From Oscillospiraceae bacterium (GTDB taxonomy: Bacteria > Bacillota > Clostridia > Oscillospirales > Oscillospiraceae): a stretch of DNA of 64,000 bases. Of this stretch, positions 8,594-18,275 are shown one piece after another. The stretch lies in contig JAETOQ010000006.1 of the NCBI GenBank assembly GCA_021771635.1, positions 1,908-65,907 of the forward strand, written 5' to 3'. The notes under the pieces were generated by a model, which worked only from the letters and a program-made list of their open reading frames with translations, was not told the DNA's origin and ran no database searches. How positions within the stretch are numbered: position 1 is the stretch's first letter; every line of letters starts with the position of its first letter. Both the position numbers and the translations under genes were made by a program.

Positions 8594-10306
8594 TTACTTC
8601 GCAGCAGCCTTCTTCTGCTTGCTGAGGGTGGAAATACCCTCGATAGCCAGGACCACAGCCAGGACTACCAGCAGGACGCCCAGGATCGCCTGGACATAGG
8701 GACCCCAGTCGGCGCCGCCGGCGGAGATCAGACCGATCTGGGTCTTGGTGTTGATGATCAGAGAGCAGATGGTGACGACCAGCATGAAGGCCATGGGCAG
8801 CAGGAACATCTTGTTGTTCTTGCCGATGTTGCCCAGCCAGGTAGCCACAGCCAGCAGGCCCAGGGCGGCCAGCAGCTGGTTGGCGGAGCCAAACAGAGCC
8901 CAGATCTTGCCGTAGCCGTTCAGGCCCAGCAGCACGCCCAGGATGACGGTGATGATGGTGGCAACATACATGTTGGAGAAGAACTTCTTGTAGCCGGTGA
9001 CGTTCTCGGGGGTCTCACCCTTGCTGCCATCCAGCCAGAACTCCTGGAACATGAACCGGGCCAGACGGGTGGCGGTGTCCAGAGAGGTCAGGCAGAAGGA
9101 GGAATAGGTCAGGACCAGCAGGGTGTACAGCACGCTGTACACGCCGCCGTGGTTGGGATCGATCATGCCAGCGATACCGCCGCCGAAGAGGACGGTGGGG
9201 CCCACGCCGATGTCGCCGCCGTTGGCGTTGGCATAGCCAGCCACAGCGCACAGCACCAGGATGGCCAGCACGCACTCCAGCAGCATGCCGCCGTAAGCGA
9301 TGGGCTTGGCGTCGGTCTCTTTATCCAGCTGCTTGGAGGTGGTGCCGGAGGACACCAGGGAGTGGAAGCCGGAGATGGCGCCGCAGGCGATGGTGGTGAA
9401 CAGCACGGGGAAGATGGGGGTAGTGCAGGTCTCGCTGGTCATAGTGGGCAGATTCGCCAGAGTGGGATGACCCACAAACACGGCCACAGCGGCCAGAGCC
9501 AGCATGGCGTACAGCAGGAAGCTGGACAGATAGTCACGGGGCTGCAGCAGGATCCACACGGGGGTGACGGAAGCGATGGCGATGTACAGGCCGCAGATCC
9601 ACATCCAGGCGGTGGTGGACAGATAGATGGGGTGGAAGTTCATGCCGATGGCGATGATCGCCACGATGGCCAGCACGCCCACCACGGAGGCAACGCTCAT
9701 GGGGGCGTTGCGGCGATAGACGCAGAAGCCGAAGATGATGGCGATCACGATGAACAGCAGGGACACCATAGCAACGCGGGCGTTGCTCTCAGATGCCGCC
9801 ATGTCCACAGCACCCGCCTCGGTGAAGGTGGCGCCGAAGGTGCCGGCCACGATGGAGGCGAAGGCCGCCACGACCAGGATCAGCGTCAGATAGGCGAAGA
9901 TCAGGAACAGTGTCTTGGCGCGCTTGGACATATTCTCGGAGATGATCTCACCGATGGAGCGGCCGCCGTGGCGGACGGAGGCAAACAGGGCGCCGAAGTC
10001 ATGGACGCCGCCGAAGAAAATACCGCCGATGACGATCCACAGCAGGCAGGGGATCCAGCCGAAGCCCAGCTTCAAGGCGGAGATGGGGCCGGTGATGGGG
10101 CCGGCGCCTGCGATGGAGGAGAAGTGGTGGCCCATCAGAACAGGGGCCGGAGCGGGGACATAGTCGATCCCGTCTTCCATGGTGTGTGCGGGGGTCTCTT
10201 CGTTGTTCTCACCAACGCCCCACTGCTTGCACAGCCAGCGGCCATAGAAAATATAACCGCACAGCAGAGCCGCGACGCCAATGATGAAAAGTACCAGACC
10301 ATTCAT
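8594..10306 (-). CDS. cstA: carbon starvation protein CstA family transporter
   Basis: 570-aa polytopic membrane protein. The N-terminus MNGLVLFIIG..YIFYGRWL and overall organisation are typical of CstA. Confidence 0.85.
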   Translation of the reverse strand: MNGLVLFIIGVAALLCGYIFYGRWLCKQWGVGENNEETPAHTMEDGIDYVPAPAPVLMGHHFSSIAGAGPITGPISALKLGFGWIPCLLWIVIGGIFFGGVHDFGALFASVRHGGRSIGEIISENMSKRAKTLFLIFAYLTLILVVAAFASIVAGTFGATFTEAGAVDMAASESNARVAMVSLLFIVIAIIFGFCVYRRNAPMSVASVVGVLAIVAIIAIGMNFHPIYLSTTAWMWICGLYIAIASVTPVWILLQPRDYLSSFLLYAMLALAAVAVFVGHPTLANLPTMTSETCTTPIFPVLFTTIACGAISGFHSLVSSGTTSKQLDKETDAKPIAYGGMLLECVLAILVLCAVAGYANANGGDIGVGPTVLFGGGIAGMIDPNHGGVYSVLYTLLVLTYSSFCLTSLDTATRLARFMFQEFWLDGSKGETPENVTGYKKFFSNMYVATIITVILGVLLGLNGYGKIWALFGSANQLLAALGLLAVATWLGNIGKNNKMFLLPMAFMLVVTICSLIINTKTQIGLISAGGADWGPYVQAILGVLLVVLAVVLAIEGISTLSKQKKAAAK

Positions 10307-10325
10307 TGATGTATACTCTCCCTTC

Positions 10326-10838
10326 TTATTCTTTCCCGGCGGGGAAATTCCCCTCCAGGAGTTTGCGTGCTCCCTTGCCGGCTGGATTGGAAAGGAAGCT
10401 GTGTGTCGAAATTTCCATTGCTGCTATGTGATACTCCATCCAGCCATGGAGTGCCAGCCGAAAGTTTTTGCGGAAGCGGGTCTTTTTCATGAGCGCCTTC
10501 GCTTCCGGGTCGATGGTGTCCGCCAGGATCACCAGTGTCACAAAGGAGGACATATGCTCCCTGTTGGGCTTGATCCGGCCCAGGCCGTCCTGGAGACTCC
10601 TGTCGATCTGCGTCTGCAGGTCGGCGGCGTCCAGATGGTCCGCCAGATAAAAATATACGTACTCATGGTTTTCCACCGCGTTGAGCACATGCTTTTTGCT
10701 GATCAGATAGTTCTCATCCCGCAGAAAGTAAAATGCCGCCGCGGGAAAGCCGCCGCCCTCCACCTGCACATCCCTTGTGATGTCATAATGATGGGAATAG
10801 GCGTTCAGCAGCTTCTCAAGTGCCTCTGTCTTATTCAT
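10326..10838 (-). CDS. hypothetical protein (170 aa), directly upstream of cstA
   Basis: Clean ORF with coding-like composition. Its start overlaps the stop of the upstream gene by 4 nt. No motif recognised. Confidence 0.6.
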   Translation of the reverse strand: MNKTEALEKLLNAYSHHYDITRDVQVEGGGFPAAAFYFLRDENYLISKKHVLNAVENHEYVYFYLADHLDAADLQTQIDRSLQDGLGRIKPNREHMSSFVTLVILADTIDPEAKALMKKTRFRKNFRLALHGWMEYHIAAMEISTHSFLSNPAGKGARKLLEGNFPAGKE

Positions 10839-11236
10839 TCACTCTCTCCTGTATCCGGACTTTCCTGGGGATTGGGCTTGGTAAACGCCGCGTGGGGCGC
10901 CAGTTTCTTCAGGCGCTCCAGCAGGGGCGCCGCCTCCCGGGGGTCCCGCAGCTGGACCATAGCCAGCTCCTTCTCCGCGTCGCAGATCACCAGGTTTTCC
11001 ACCTTCAGCTCAACGCTGCGGTGGGGCGCCTTCACCGGGACCAGCAGCACCCTGCGGAAGCAGCGTTGGATATCGCCATAGGGGATGTAGTAGACACGCA
11101 TGCCCCTGCGGAAGAACAGGTGCCGCTCCCCCAGCCGAAGCACGTCTGCCTTTTCGGCCCTCCGGTACTCCGCCGCCAGGGCGGCCGGCTCCGTCGTCTC
11201 TGTTTTCAGCGGACAAAACCCCATAAAATTCTCCAT
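10835..11236 (-). CDS. hypothetical protein (about 130 aa); start uncertain (11236 or 11224)
   Basis: ORF overlaps the next gene by 4 nt. AGAAGGA and GGAGA RBS candidates precede Met22 and Met26. No motif recognised. Confidence 0.5.
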   Translation of the reverse strand: MENFMGFCPLKTETTEPAALAAEYRRAEKADVLRLGERHLFFRRGMRVYYIPYGDIQRCFRRVLLVPVKAPHRSVELKVENLVICDAEKELAMVQLRDPREAAPLLERLKKLAPHAAFTKPNPQESPDTGESE

Positions 11237-11661
11237 TCGTCCTTCTGCGGGGATGCAGTCTGGCTTCCGCGCCCTTTGATGCTCTCCAAGGGGCATCAAA
11301 GCGGGGACACCCCCATACGCCTTCCGCCGTGCGGAATATCTGCTATGATCATGATAGAAAATTTGCCCGATCTATAAAAAAATCGTTAAAAACGGTCTCC
11401 ATCGTATGTGAGTTATTATACACGTTCATTTCGATTTTGTTAAGAGGGGCAAGTTAAATTTGTGTACAATTTGTGAATGGCTCGTTAAAAATTGTGTATT
11501 TCGCGGCATTTTTTTTATGATTCCAGCCTTTTAACTTCCATTTTGCACAATTTTCTTTTTCCCATTTTATGTATTTTGCTCATTTCTTCTACAAACAAGA
11601 CAACAGCGCGTCCGGCCGGATGGCTGAACGCGCTGTTCATTTGGATGTTCGGTCTTCTCTT

Positions 11662-11823
11662 AGAACCTGTATTCACAACCGGTGAACGCCGTCTGAGCGG
11701 TCTTTTTTCCGCCATACTGCGTCGTTTTTCCTTGCCATACGTCAGTATGGCAAGGAAAATCTCCTTGTCTGACAGGAAAAATCCTCGTCCATCCAGCATT
11801 CCCCGGTTATGAATACAGGTTCT
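11662..11823 (+). mobile_element. Family F MITE-like element with 21-bp terminal inverted repeats, copy 1 of 2
   Basis: Ends AGAACCTGTATTCACAACCGG and CCGGTTATGAATACAGGTTCT are inverted repeats. The left half matches the reverse complement of 53275-53352. The right end abuts the GntR stop codon. Confidence 0.85.
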
Positions 11824-12506
11824 TATTCCTGTAACGTATTGATCAGATGCTTCATATGGATACTCATCGCGTACCGCGCCCCCGCCTCGTCCCGCTTCAG
11901 CAGAAAATCCAGGATCATCCGGTTGTCCGCCAGGGCGATCTCCTGCATATGCCGGCGGTTTTGGGAGATTTGCAGAATCTCATTGACGGCACTGTTGATG
12001 ATGGGATACAGCCGCCGCATATATTCATTGTGTGACGCCTTAATGATGGCCCAGTGGAACTCCTGGTCCGCCAGCGGCCAATCCCCATCCTCCGCGGCAA
12101 TGCGCTCCATCCGCTCCGCCTTTTTCAAGATCTGCTGCAGTTCCTCATCCGTCGCCCGCTGACAGGCCAGAGCCACGGTGGCCGGCTCAAAGATGAGCCG
12201 CATCTCAAACAGGTCCTTGGCCCGCACCCGGGAGCGCATTCCCGCCAGACTGGTCAGATCCAGTCCGACGGCGGGCAGGTCCTCCGCCACAAAGGTTCCT
12301 TTTCCCCGGCGGATCTCCAGGACTCCCTGCGCCACCAAAAAGGAGATCGCCTCCCGCAGGGTGGTGCGGCTGACCTCCAGAGCCGCGCTGAGCTCGTTCT
12401 CATTTGGAAGCTTGCTGCCAGGCGCGCAGCGGCGCTCGTCCACAATCATCTCATACAGGCGGTCAGCTGTCTTTTCCGACAGCTTCACTTTTTTGATCTC
12501 CGCCAT
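11823..12506 (-). CDS. GntR-family (FadR/FCD subfamily) transcriptional regulator
   Basis: N-terminal wHTH LPNENELSAALEVSRTTLREAISFLVAQGVLEIRRGKGTFV plus a helical C-terminal domain. Confidence 0.85.
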   Translation of the reverse strand: MAEIKKVKLSEKTADRLYEMIVDERRCAPGSKLPNENELSAALEVSRTTLREAISFLVAQGVLEIRRGKGTFVAEDLPAVGLDLTSLAGMRSRVRAKDLFEMRLIFEPATVALACQRATDEELQQILKKAERMERIAAEDGDWPLADQEFHWAIIKASHNEYMRRLYPIINSAVNEILQISQNRRHMQEIALADNRMILDFLLKRDEAGARYAMSIHMKHLINTLQE

Positions 12507-12602
12507 ACCGATCCCTCCATCCAGCAGATCATTCGACCCGTTATTCTAGCAACTTTCTTTTTTCACAATATAGTCCTTTTTCCCGAAAAACACAAGAATC
12601 TT

Positions 12603-12641
12603 CTTGACATCATACTTTCTTAAGTGTACAATGACATCATA
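12603..12641 (+). promoter_or_regulatory. sigma-A type promoter with two 11-bp direct repeats (candidate operator) upstream of the kor cluster
   Basis: TTGACA (12603-12608), 17-nt spacer, TACAAT (12626-12631). TGACATCATAC occurs at 12604-12614 and again at 12631-12641. Confidence 0.55.
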
Positions 12642-12705
12642 CAACATATCACAAAATAATACAACACTTCTTTTTTTGAAAATGCGCTCGTTAGGAGGAC
12701 CGCCC

Positions 12706-13383
12706 TTGACTGCCGATTTTTGTTCCCACCGCATCTCTATCATCACCGGCCATTACGGCACCGGCAAGACCGAGTTTTCCGTGAACCTGGCGCTGGCTCT
12801 GGCGGAGGACGGCGCCTCCGTGATGCTGGCCGACCTGGACATCGTGAATCCCTACTTCCGGTCCAGAGAGCGGCGGAAGCTGCTGGAGGAAGCCGGTGTC
12901 CGGCTGATCTCCTCCTCCCAGGCCTGCTCTGACGCCGATGTGCCCGCCCTGCCGGCAGAGCTGCTGACCATTCTGGAAAACCGGGATATCCGGGGCGTGC
13001 TGGATATCGGCGGAGACCCCGTGGGTGCCCGGGTGCTGGCCCGGTTCCAGCCCAAGATCGTCCAGGAGGACTACCAGCTCATCTATGTGCTCAACGCCAA
13101 CCGGCCGGAGGTGCGTACGGTAGAGACCGCCATCATGTATCTGCGCGGAATCGAAGCCACCACCGGACTGACCTGTTCCGGTATCGTCAACAACACCCAC
13201 CTCTGCGGTGAGACCACCGTGGAGGAGATCCGCAAGGGCGCGGCCCTGGCGGAAAGCGTCTCCAAGGAGACCGGCATCCCCGTGCTCTGCCACGTTGCCG
13301 AGGAGAAATTCGTCCCAGCTTTGTCCGATCTGCCGGAAACCGTGTTTCCGATCACCATTAAAATGAAAAAGCCGTGGGAATGA
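12706..13383 (+). CDS. P-loop NTPase (SIMIBI/MinD-ParA-CooC-like) of unknown role
   Basis: Walker A GHYGTGKT and Walker B-like VMLADLD. TTG 12706 has a strong AGGAGGA RBS; ATG 12682 is an alternative start. Confidence 0.7.
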   Translation: MTADFCSHRISIITGHYGTGKTEFSVNLALALAEDGASVMLADLDIVNPYFRSRERRKLLEEAGVRLISSSQACSDADVPALPAELLTILENRDIRGVLDIGGDPVGARVLARFQPKIVQEDYQLIYVLNANRPEVRTVETAIMYLRGIEATTGLTCSGIVNNTHLCGETTVEEIRKGAALAESVSKETGIPVLCHVAEEKFVPALSDLPETVFPITIKMKKPWE

Positions 13384-13416
13384 CCGCGGCAGAAGGGGAA
13401 GGAGGACCACACCACT

Positions 13417-13629
13417 ATGTCTGCGAAAGTCACATTTAATTCCGACCGCTGCAAAGGATGCGAGCTGTGCACCACCGTGTGTCCCAAGCACATCGTCATC
13501 ATCGATCGCGAGACCATCAACCGCAAGGGCTACCACCCCGCCACCGTGTCGGACATGGAACAGTGCATCGGCTGCGCCAGCTGCGCCAAGATCTGCCCTG
13601 ATTCCATCATCACTGTTGAGAAATTCTGA
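13417..13629 (+). CDS. korD: 2-oxoacid:ferredoxin oxidoreductase delta subunit (2x[4Fe-4S] ferredoxin)
   Basis: Two cluster motifs, CKGCELCTTVCP and CIGCASCAKICP; 70 aa. Confidence 0.85.
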   Translation: MSAKVTFNSDRCKGCELCTTVCPKHIVIIDRETINRKGYHPATVSDMEQCIGCASCAKICPDSIITVEKF

Positions 13630-13646
13630 GAAGGAGGTCGTTTATC

Positions 13647-14717
13647 GTGGCAAAGGAACTTTGGAAAGGTAATGAAGCCATCGCTGAGGCCGCTATCCGC
13701 GCCGGCTGCGACTGCTTCTTCGGTTATCCCATCACACCTCAGAGCGAGGTCCCTGAATATATGTCCGTCCATCTGCCGGAACACGGCGGCGTGTTTGTCC
13801 AGGCTGAGTCTGAGGTGGCCGCCATTAACATGGTGTACGGCGCCGCCGGCGCCGGTATGCGGGCCATGACCTCCTCTTCTTCTCCCGGCATCAGCCTGAA
13901 GCAGGAGGGCATTACATACATCGCGGGTGCTGAGCTGCCCGCCGTCATCGTCAACTGCATGCGCGGCGGTCCGGGCCTTGGCACCATCCAGCCGGGCCAG
14001 GGCGATTACTTCCAGGCCACCCGCGGCGGCGGCAACGGCGACTACCGCACCGTAGTCCTGTCTCCCTCCAACGTGCAGGAGACCGTGGACTTCATGCAGG
14101 AGGCCTTTGACATCGCCGACCAGTACCGCAACCCCGTCATGGTGGTCTGCGACGGCCTGATCGGCCAGATGATGGAGCCCATCGAGTGGCGGGAGATCCC
14201 CAAGCGGAACCTGCCTCCCAAGGATTGGGCCGCCAACGGCCGCAAGGGCCGCGACCACCACAACGTCATCAACTCCCTGTACATGGACCCCGAGGTCTGC
14301 GATGCGCATAACCGCCATCTGGACGAGAAGTACGCGGAGATCGCCAAAAACGAGGTCCGCTGGGAGGAAGTACAGTGCGAGGACGCCGAGATCGTCATCA
14401 CCGCTTACGGCACCCCCGCCCGGATCGCCCTGACCGCCCTGGACGCCCTGCGGGCCGATGGCATCAAGGCCGGATTGTTCCGTCCCATCACCCTGTGGCC
14501 CTTCCCCGAGAAGGCGCTGCATGAGCTGGCCGCCAAGGAGCATGTGAAGGCGTTCCTGGACGTGGAGATGAGCTCCTCCGGTCAGATGATCGATGACGTC
14601 CGTCTGGCCGTGGAAGGTCAGAAGCCCATTTCCTATCTGGGCCATGCCGGCGGCGTGATGCCTACTGTCGAGGAAATGATCGAATCGGCCAAAAAGGCCT
14701 TGAAGGAGGTCCAGTGA
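13647..14717 (+). CDS. korA: 2-oxoglutarate/2-oxoacid:ferredoxin oxidoreductase alpha subunit
   Basis: GNEAIAEAAIRAGC..FGYPITPQSE signature; GTG start. Confidence 0.85.
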   Translation: MAKELWKGNEAIAEAAIRAGCDCFFGYPITPQSEVPEYMSVHLPEHGGVFVQAESEVAAINMVYGAAGAGMRAMTSSSSPGISLKQEGITYIAGAELPAVIVNCMRGGPGLGTIQPGQGDYFQATRGGGNGDYRTVVLSPSNVQETVDFMQEAFDIADQYRNPVMVVCDGLIGQMMEPIEWREIPKRNLPPKDWAANGRKGRDHHNVINSLYMDPEVCDAHNRHLDEKYAEIAKNEVRWEEVQCEDAEIVITAYGTPARIALTALDALRADGIKAGLFRPITLWPFPEKALHELAAKEHVKAFLDVEMSSSGQMIDDVRLAVEGQKPISYLGHAGGVMPTVEEMIESAKKALKEVQ

Positions 14718-14718
14718 T

Positions 14719-15468
14719 ATGGCGATCGTATATCAGAAGTCCGCTGGTCTGACCGACGCGGAACTGCACTACTGCCCCGGCTGCCATCACGGCATCATCC
14801 ACAAGCTGGTGGCGGAATCCCTGGTGGAGCTGGGCCTGCTGGACGACGCCATCGGCGTGTGCCCCGTGGGCTGCTCCGTGTTCGCTTACAACTATTTCAC
14901 CTGCGATATGCAGGAGGCCGCCCACGGCCGTGCCCCTGCCGTGGCTACCGGCATCAAGCGCACCCATCCCAACCAGGCCGTGTTCACCTATCAGGGCGAC
15001 GGCGACCTGGCCTCCATCGGCGCGGCTGAGATCGTCCACGCCGCCATGCGCGGTGAGAAGTTCACCACCATTTTCGTCAACAACGCCATTTACGGCATGA
15101 CCGGCGGCCAGATGGCTCCCACCACCCTGATCGGCCAGCGGGCCACCACCTGCCAGTCCGGCCGTACCGTCGAGCAGGCCGGCATGCCCATCCGTATGGC
15201 GGAGATGCTGTCCACCCTGGACGGCTGCGTCTACGCCGAGCGCGTCTGCGTCACCGACATCGCCAACATCAACAAGGCCAAGCGGGCCATCAAGAAGGCT
15301 TTCGAGAAGCAGATGAACCGTGAGGGCTTCACCTTCATTGAGGTCCTGTCCACCTGCCCCACCAACTGGGGCATGACGCCGCTGAAGGCCAACCAGTGGC
15401 TGAAGGAGAATATGGCGGCCTATTATCCCCTGGGTGTCATCAAGGATTCCAGCGTGGAGGTGAAATAA
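14719..15468 (+). CDS. korB: 2-oxoacid:ferredoxin oxidoreductase beta subunit (TPP-binding)
   Basis: CPGCHHG and the TPP motif YQGDGDLASIG..NNAIYGMTGGQ. Confidence 0.85.
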   Translation: MAIVYQKSAGLTDAELHYCPGCHHGIIHKLVAESLVELGLLDDAIGVCPVGCSVFAYNYFTCDMQEAAHGRAPAVATGIKRTHPNQAVFTYQGDGDLASIGAAEIVHAAMRGEKFTTIFVNNAIYGMTGGQMAPTTLIGQRATTCQSGRTVEQAGMPIRMAEMLSTLDGCVYAERVCVTDIANINKAKRAIKKAFEKQMNREGFTFIEVLSTCPTNWGMTPLKANQWLKENMAAYYPLGVIKDSSVEVK

Positions 15469-15469
15469 G

Positions 15470-16006
15470 ATGAAGAAAGAAATCATCATTTCCGGGTTCG
15501 GCGGTCAGGGCGGCCTGGCCATCGGCAAGAACCTGGCGGAGGCCGGCATGGCCGAGGGCCTGAACGTCACCTGGGCCCCCTCCTACGGCCCCGAGATGCG
15601 GGGCGGCACCGCCAACTGCTCCGTGGTCCTGTCCGACAAGCCCGTCGGCTCCCCTGTGTTCGCCCATCCCACGGAGCTCATTGCCCTGAACGAGCCCTCC
15701 CTGGCGAAGTTTGAGGCGGGCGTCCTCCCCGGCGGTATCGTGTTCGTCAACAGCGATGTGGTCACCGACAAGGTGCAGCGCCCCGACCTGACCGCCTATT
15801 ACGTCCCCTGCTCTCAGATCGCCGAGGAAGTGGGCAACTCCAAGGTCAGCAACATGGTCATGCTAGGCGCCTATGTGGCGGCCACCGGGATCCTGAAGCC
15901 CGAGACCATTGAGAAGATGATCGAGGAGATGTTCGCCGGTCCCAAGGCCAAGTTCATCCCCCTGAACATCGAGGCCTTCCGGCGCGGCATGGCCTGCGTC
16001 CAGTAG
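15470..16006 (+). CDS. korC: 2-oxoacid:ferredoxin oxidoreductase gamma subunit
   Basis: ISGFGGQGGL..SYGPEMRGGTANC signature. Confidence 0.85.
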   Translation: MKKEIIISGFGGQGGLAIGKNLAEAGMAEGLNVTWAPSYGPEMRGGTANCSVVLSDKPVGSPVFAHPTELIALNEPSLAKFEAGVLPGGIVFVNSDVVTDKVQRPDLTAYYVPCSQIAEEVGNSKVSNMVMLGAYVAATGILKPETIEKMIEEMFAGPKAKFIPLNIEAFRRGMACVQ

Positions 16007-16282
16007 TCTTACCTCTTCAAAACGCGCGGCGGATCGGCATTTTTTAAGCCGGTCCGCCGTCTTTCTCTCTCCGGCAGCTGCCTTTCTGTGCATTTTAACG
16101 ATTGACTTTGCTTTATCATCAGCGTATAAAAGATAAAGAGAGATGGCGAAGATGTCGGCCGCCAAATAATGGGAACCTATGGATGTTTGACTTTCGTCTC
16201 TTCCGCGGCACGCGGAATTGCGCGAGAGTTTTTTTGTTTCCGCCAGCAAACTTTTAAATGAATGATAAGGGAGAGTATCGCA

Positions 16283-17356
16283 ATGCTGGATATCAAGATC
16301 ACCAAAACCGCAGCCCCCAAGGCGAAGCCGGATGAAAACAATCTGGGCTTCGGCAAGATCTTTACAGATCACATGTTTGTCATGGATTATACGGAAGGGC
16401 AGGGCTGGCATGACGCCCGCGTCGTGCCCTACGGCTCCTTTTCCATGGACCCCGCCACCGTTGTGTTCCACTATGCGCAGGAGGTCTTCGAGGGCTTGAA
16501 GGCCTACCGCTCCGCGGATAACACGATCCAGCTGTTCCGCCCCGACTGCAACGCGCAGCGGATGCAGGACTCCTGTGACCGCCTGTGCATCCCCCAGATC
16601 CCTGCCGAGGACTTTATCCAGGCCGTGAAGACACTGGTGGAAGTGGACAAGGACTGGGTCCCCCATGTGGAGGGCGCCTCCCTGTACATCCGCCCCTTTG
16701 TCTTTGCCAGTGACGTGGGCCTGGGCGTGCACGCCAGCAAGCACTACGTCTTCTGCATCATCTGCGCCCCCTCCGGCGCCTACTATGCCGAGGGCATCAA
16801 CCCCGTCCGCATCTACGTGGAGGACGAGTTTATCCGGGCCGCCCCCGGCCTGACCGGCTTCACCAAGTGCGGCGGCAACTACGCCGCCTCCATCAAGGCC
16901 GGCGAGATGGCCGAGGAGCAGGGCTTTGCCCAGGTCCTGTGGCTGGACGGCGTGGAGCGGAAGTACGTTGAGGAAGTCGGCAGCATGAACATCATGTTTA
17001 AGATCGACGGCAAGATCTACACCGCGCCCTGCACTGGCACCGTGCTGCCCGGCGTCACCCGCCGCAGCTGCATCGAGCTGCTGCGTGACTGGGGCTATGA
17101 GGTCGTCGAAGACCATCTGGCCATTGCCGACATCATGCGCTCCGGCCACGACGGCAGGCTGGAGGAGGTCTTCGGCACCGGCACCGCCGCCGTTGTCTCC
17201 CCTGTCAAGGAACTGGACTGGAAGGGCGACAAGGTCTTCATCAGCGAGGGCAAGATCGGTCCTGTCACCCAGAAGCTGTATGACACCATGACCGGCATGC
17301 AGTGGGGCAAGATCGCCGATACCAAGGGCTGGATCGTCCCTGTCTGCAAGGGCTGA
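16283..17356 (+). CDS. ilvE: branched-chain amino acid aminotransferase
   Basis: FGKIFTDHMF and EGLKAYR motifs. ATG 16283 follows an AAGGGAGAG RBS. Confidence 0.9.
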   Translation: MLDIKITKTAAPKAKPDENNLGFGKIFTDHMFVMDYTEGQGWHDARVVPYGSFSMDPATVVFHYAQEVFEGLKAYRSADNTIQLFRPDCNAQRMQDSCDRLCIPQIPAEDFIQAVKTLVEVDKDWVPHVEGASLYIRPFVFASDVGLGVHASKHYVFCIICAPSGAYYAEGINPVRIYVEDEFIRAAPGLTGFTKCGGNYAASIKAGEMAEEQGFAQVLWLDGVERKYVEEVGSMNIMFKIDGKIYTAPCTGTVLPGVTRRSCIELLRDWGYEVVEDHLAIADIMRSGHDGRLEEVFGTGTAAVVSPVKELDWKGDKVFISEGKIGPVTQKLYDTMTGMQWGKIADTKGWIVPVCKG

Positions 17357-17372
17357 TCCCACAAGGGCGTTT

Positions 17373-17409
17373 AAAAGAGGTCCGCGCTTGAAGCGCGGGC
17401 CTCTTTTTG
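17373..17409 (+). terminator. intrinsic terminator of ilvE
   Basis: Stem AGAGGTCCGCGC/GCGCGGGCCTCT followed by TTTTT. Confidence 0.85.
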
Positions 17410-17441
17410 TCCAAAATCCCTCCACACCTGCCGGTGCGGTT

Positions 17442-17618
17442 TATAGTTGGCGCAGTTGAAAAGAAGCAAAAACTTCTTTTCAACTTGTGGTGGGATATCT
17501 CGCCCCACAAGGCCGCAAAGCGGCCTTGTGTCAGACTCCATAGTCAGGCGGCGCCCGACAGCGGCCCTGCCGCTGTCAGAAAATCGGTATTTACCGATTT
17601 TCAAGTGTGCTGATTATA
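17442..17618 (+). repeat. Family B structured repeat, copy 2 of 4
   Basis: Same five hairpins as the other copies. The outer stem is kept by two G-U pairs on this strand. Confidence 0.9.
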
Positions 17619-17644
17619 CTGCACGGCGTACCGCGCCGTCTCTC

Positions 17645-18217
17645 TTATGCCTGCTGCCTCCGCAGAAGCTCCGCCAGCTCCGCTGCCGGCAGCTCCCGGA
17701 TGGGCAGAAATGGAGCCGGTCCGTCCTCGTAGGGTGCGATGGGCTTTTCAAACCAGGCCACGTCATGCCACGCGCCGCTCTTATATCCGGTGCTCCGGCA
17801 GGTCCCAACACGCCGGAACCCCATGGACAGGTGGAGGCCCTCGCTCTTTTCATTGGGCACTGTGACAATGCCGTAGACCGTCCGGACGCCCTGCATCCGC
17901 AGGATCTCCATCAGCAGTCCGTACAGCTTTTTTCCAAGCCCCCTGGCCGTATATCCCCTGTCCAGATAGATGGACAGCTCCGCGTTCCACTGGTAGGCCG
18001 CCCGCTCCATCTGCCGGTGGGCGTAGGCATATCCCACGATCCCGCCGCCGTCCTCGCAGACCAGATAGGGGTATTCCCTGCTGATCTCCCGGATGCGGGC
18101 CGCGAATTCCTCCTCGGTGGGAAGCCGGTATTCAAAGGTGATGGACGTGTCCATATACTGGCCGTAAATATCCAGCAGGGCCCGCGCGTCCCCTTCCTCC
18201 GCAAATCGAATGTGCAT
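17645..18217 (-). CDS. GNAT N-acetyltransferase (phosphinothricin acetyltransferase-like)
   Basis: MHIRFAEEGDARALLDIY.., ..RGLGKKLY.. acetyl-CoA motif. ATG at 18217; the upstream part of ORF 17645..18451 is Arg/Gly-rich junk. Confidence 0.8.
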   Translation of the reverse strand: MHIRFAEEGDARALLDIYGQYMDTSITFEYRLPTEEEFAARIREISREYPYLVCEDGGGIVGYAYAHRQMERAAYQWNAELSIYLDRGYTARGLGKKLYGLLMEILRMQGVRTVYGIVTVPNEKSEGLHLSMGFRRVGTCRSTGYKSGAWHDVAWFEKPIAPYEDGPAPFLPIRELPAAELAELLRRQQA

Positions 18218-18275
18218 CTCTCTCCTCCTCAAGCGCATGGAACAACCGCAGGGGCCGCCGGCGCGGCCCCGCCGC

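Noticed and set aside
16104-16282. T-box or leader-peptide control of ilvE
   Set aside because: A promoter-like TTGACT-17-TATAAA and a U-tailed hairpin are present. However, there is no T-box GGTGGTACCGCG motif, and the only small ORF (MAKMSAAK) lacks branched-chain codons. The evidence is insufficient.
17407-17613. Small ORFs running through Family B copies (17407-17613, 38613-38921, 42669-42929)
   Set aside because: Different copies are open in different frames, and substitutions follow stem pairing rather than codon structure. They are not coding.
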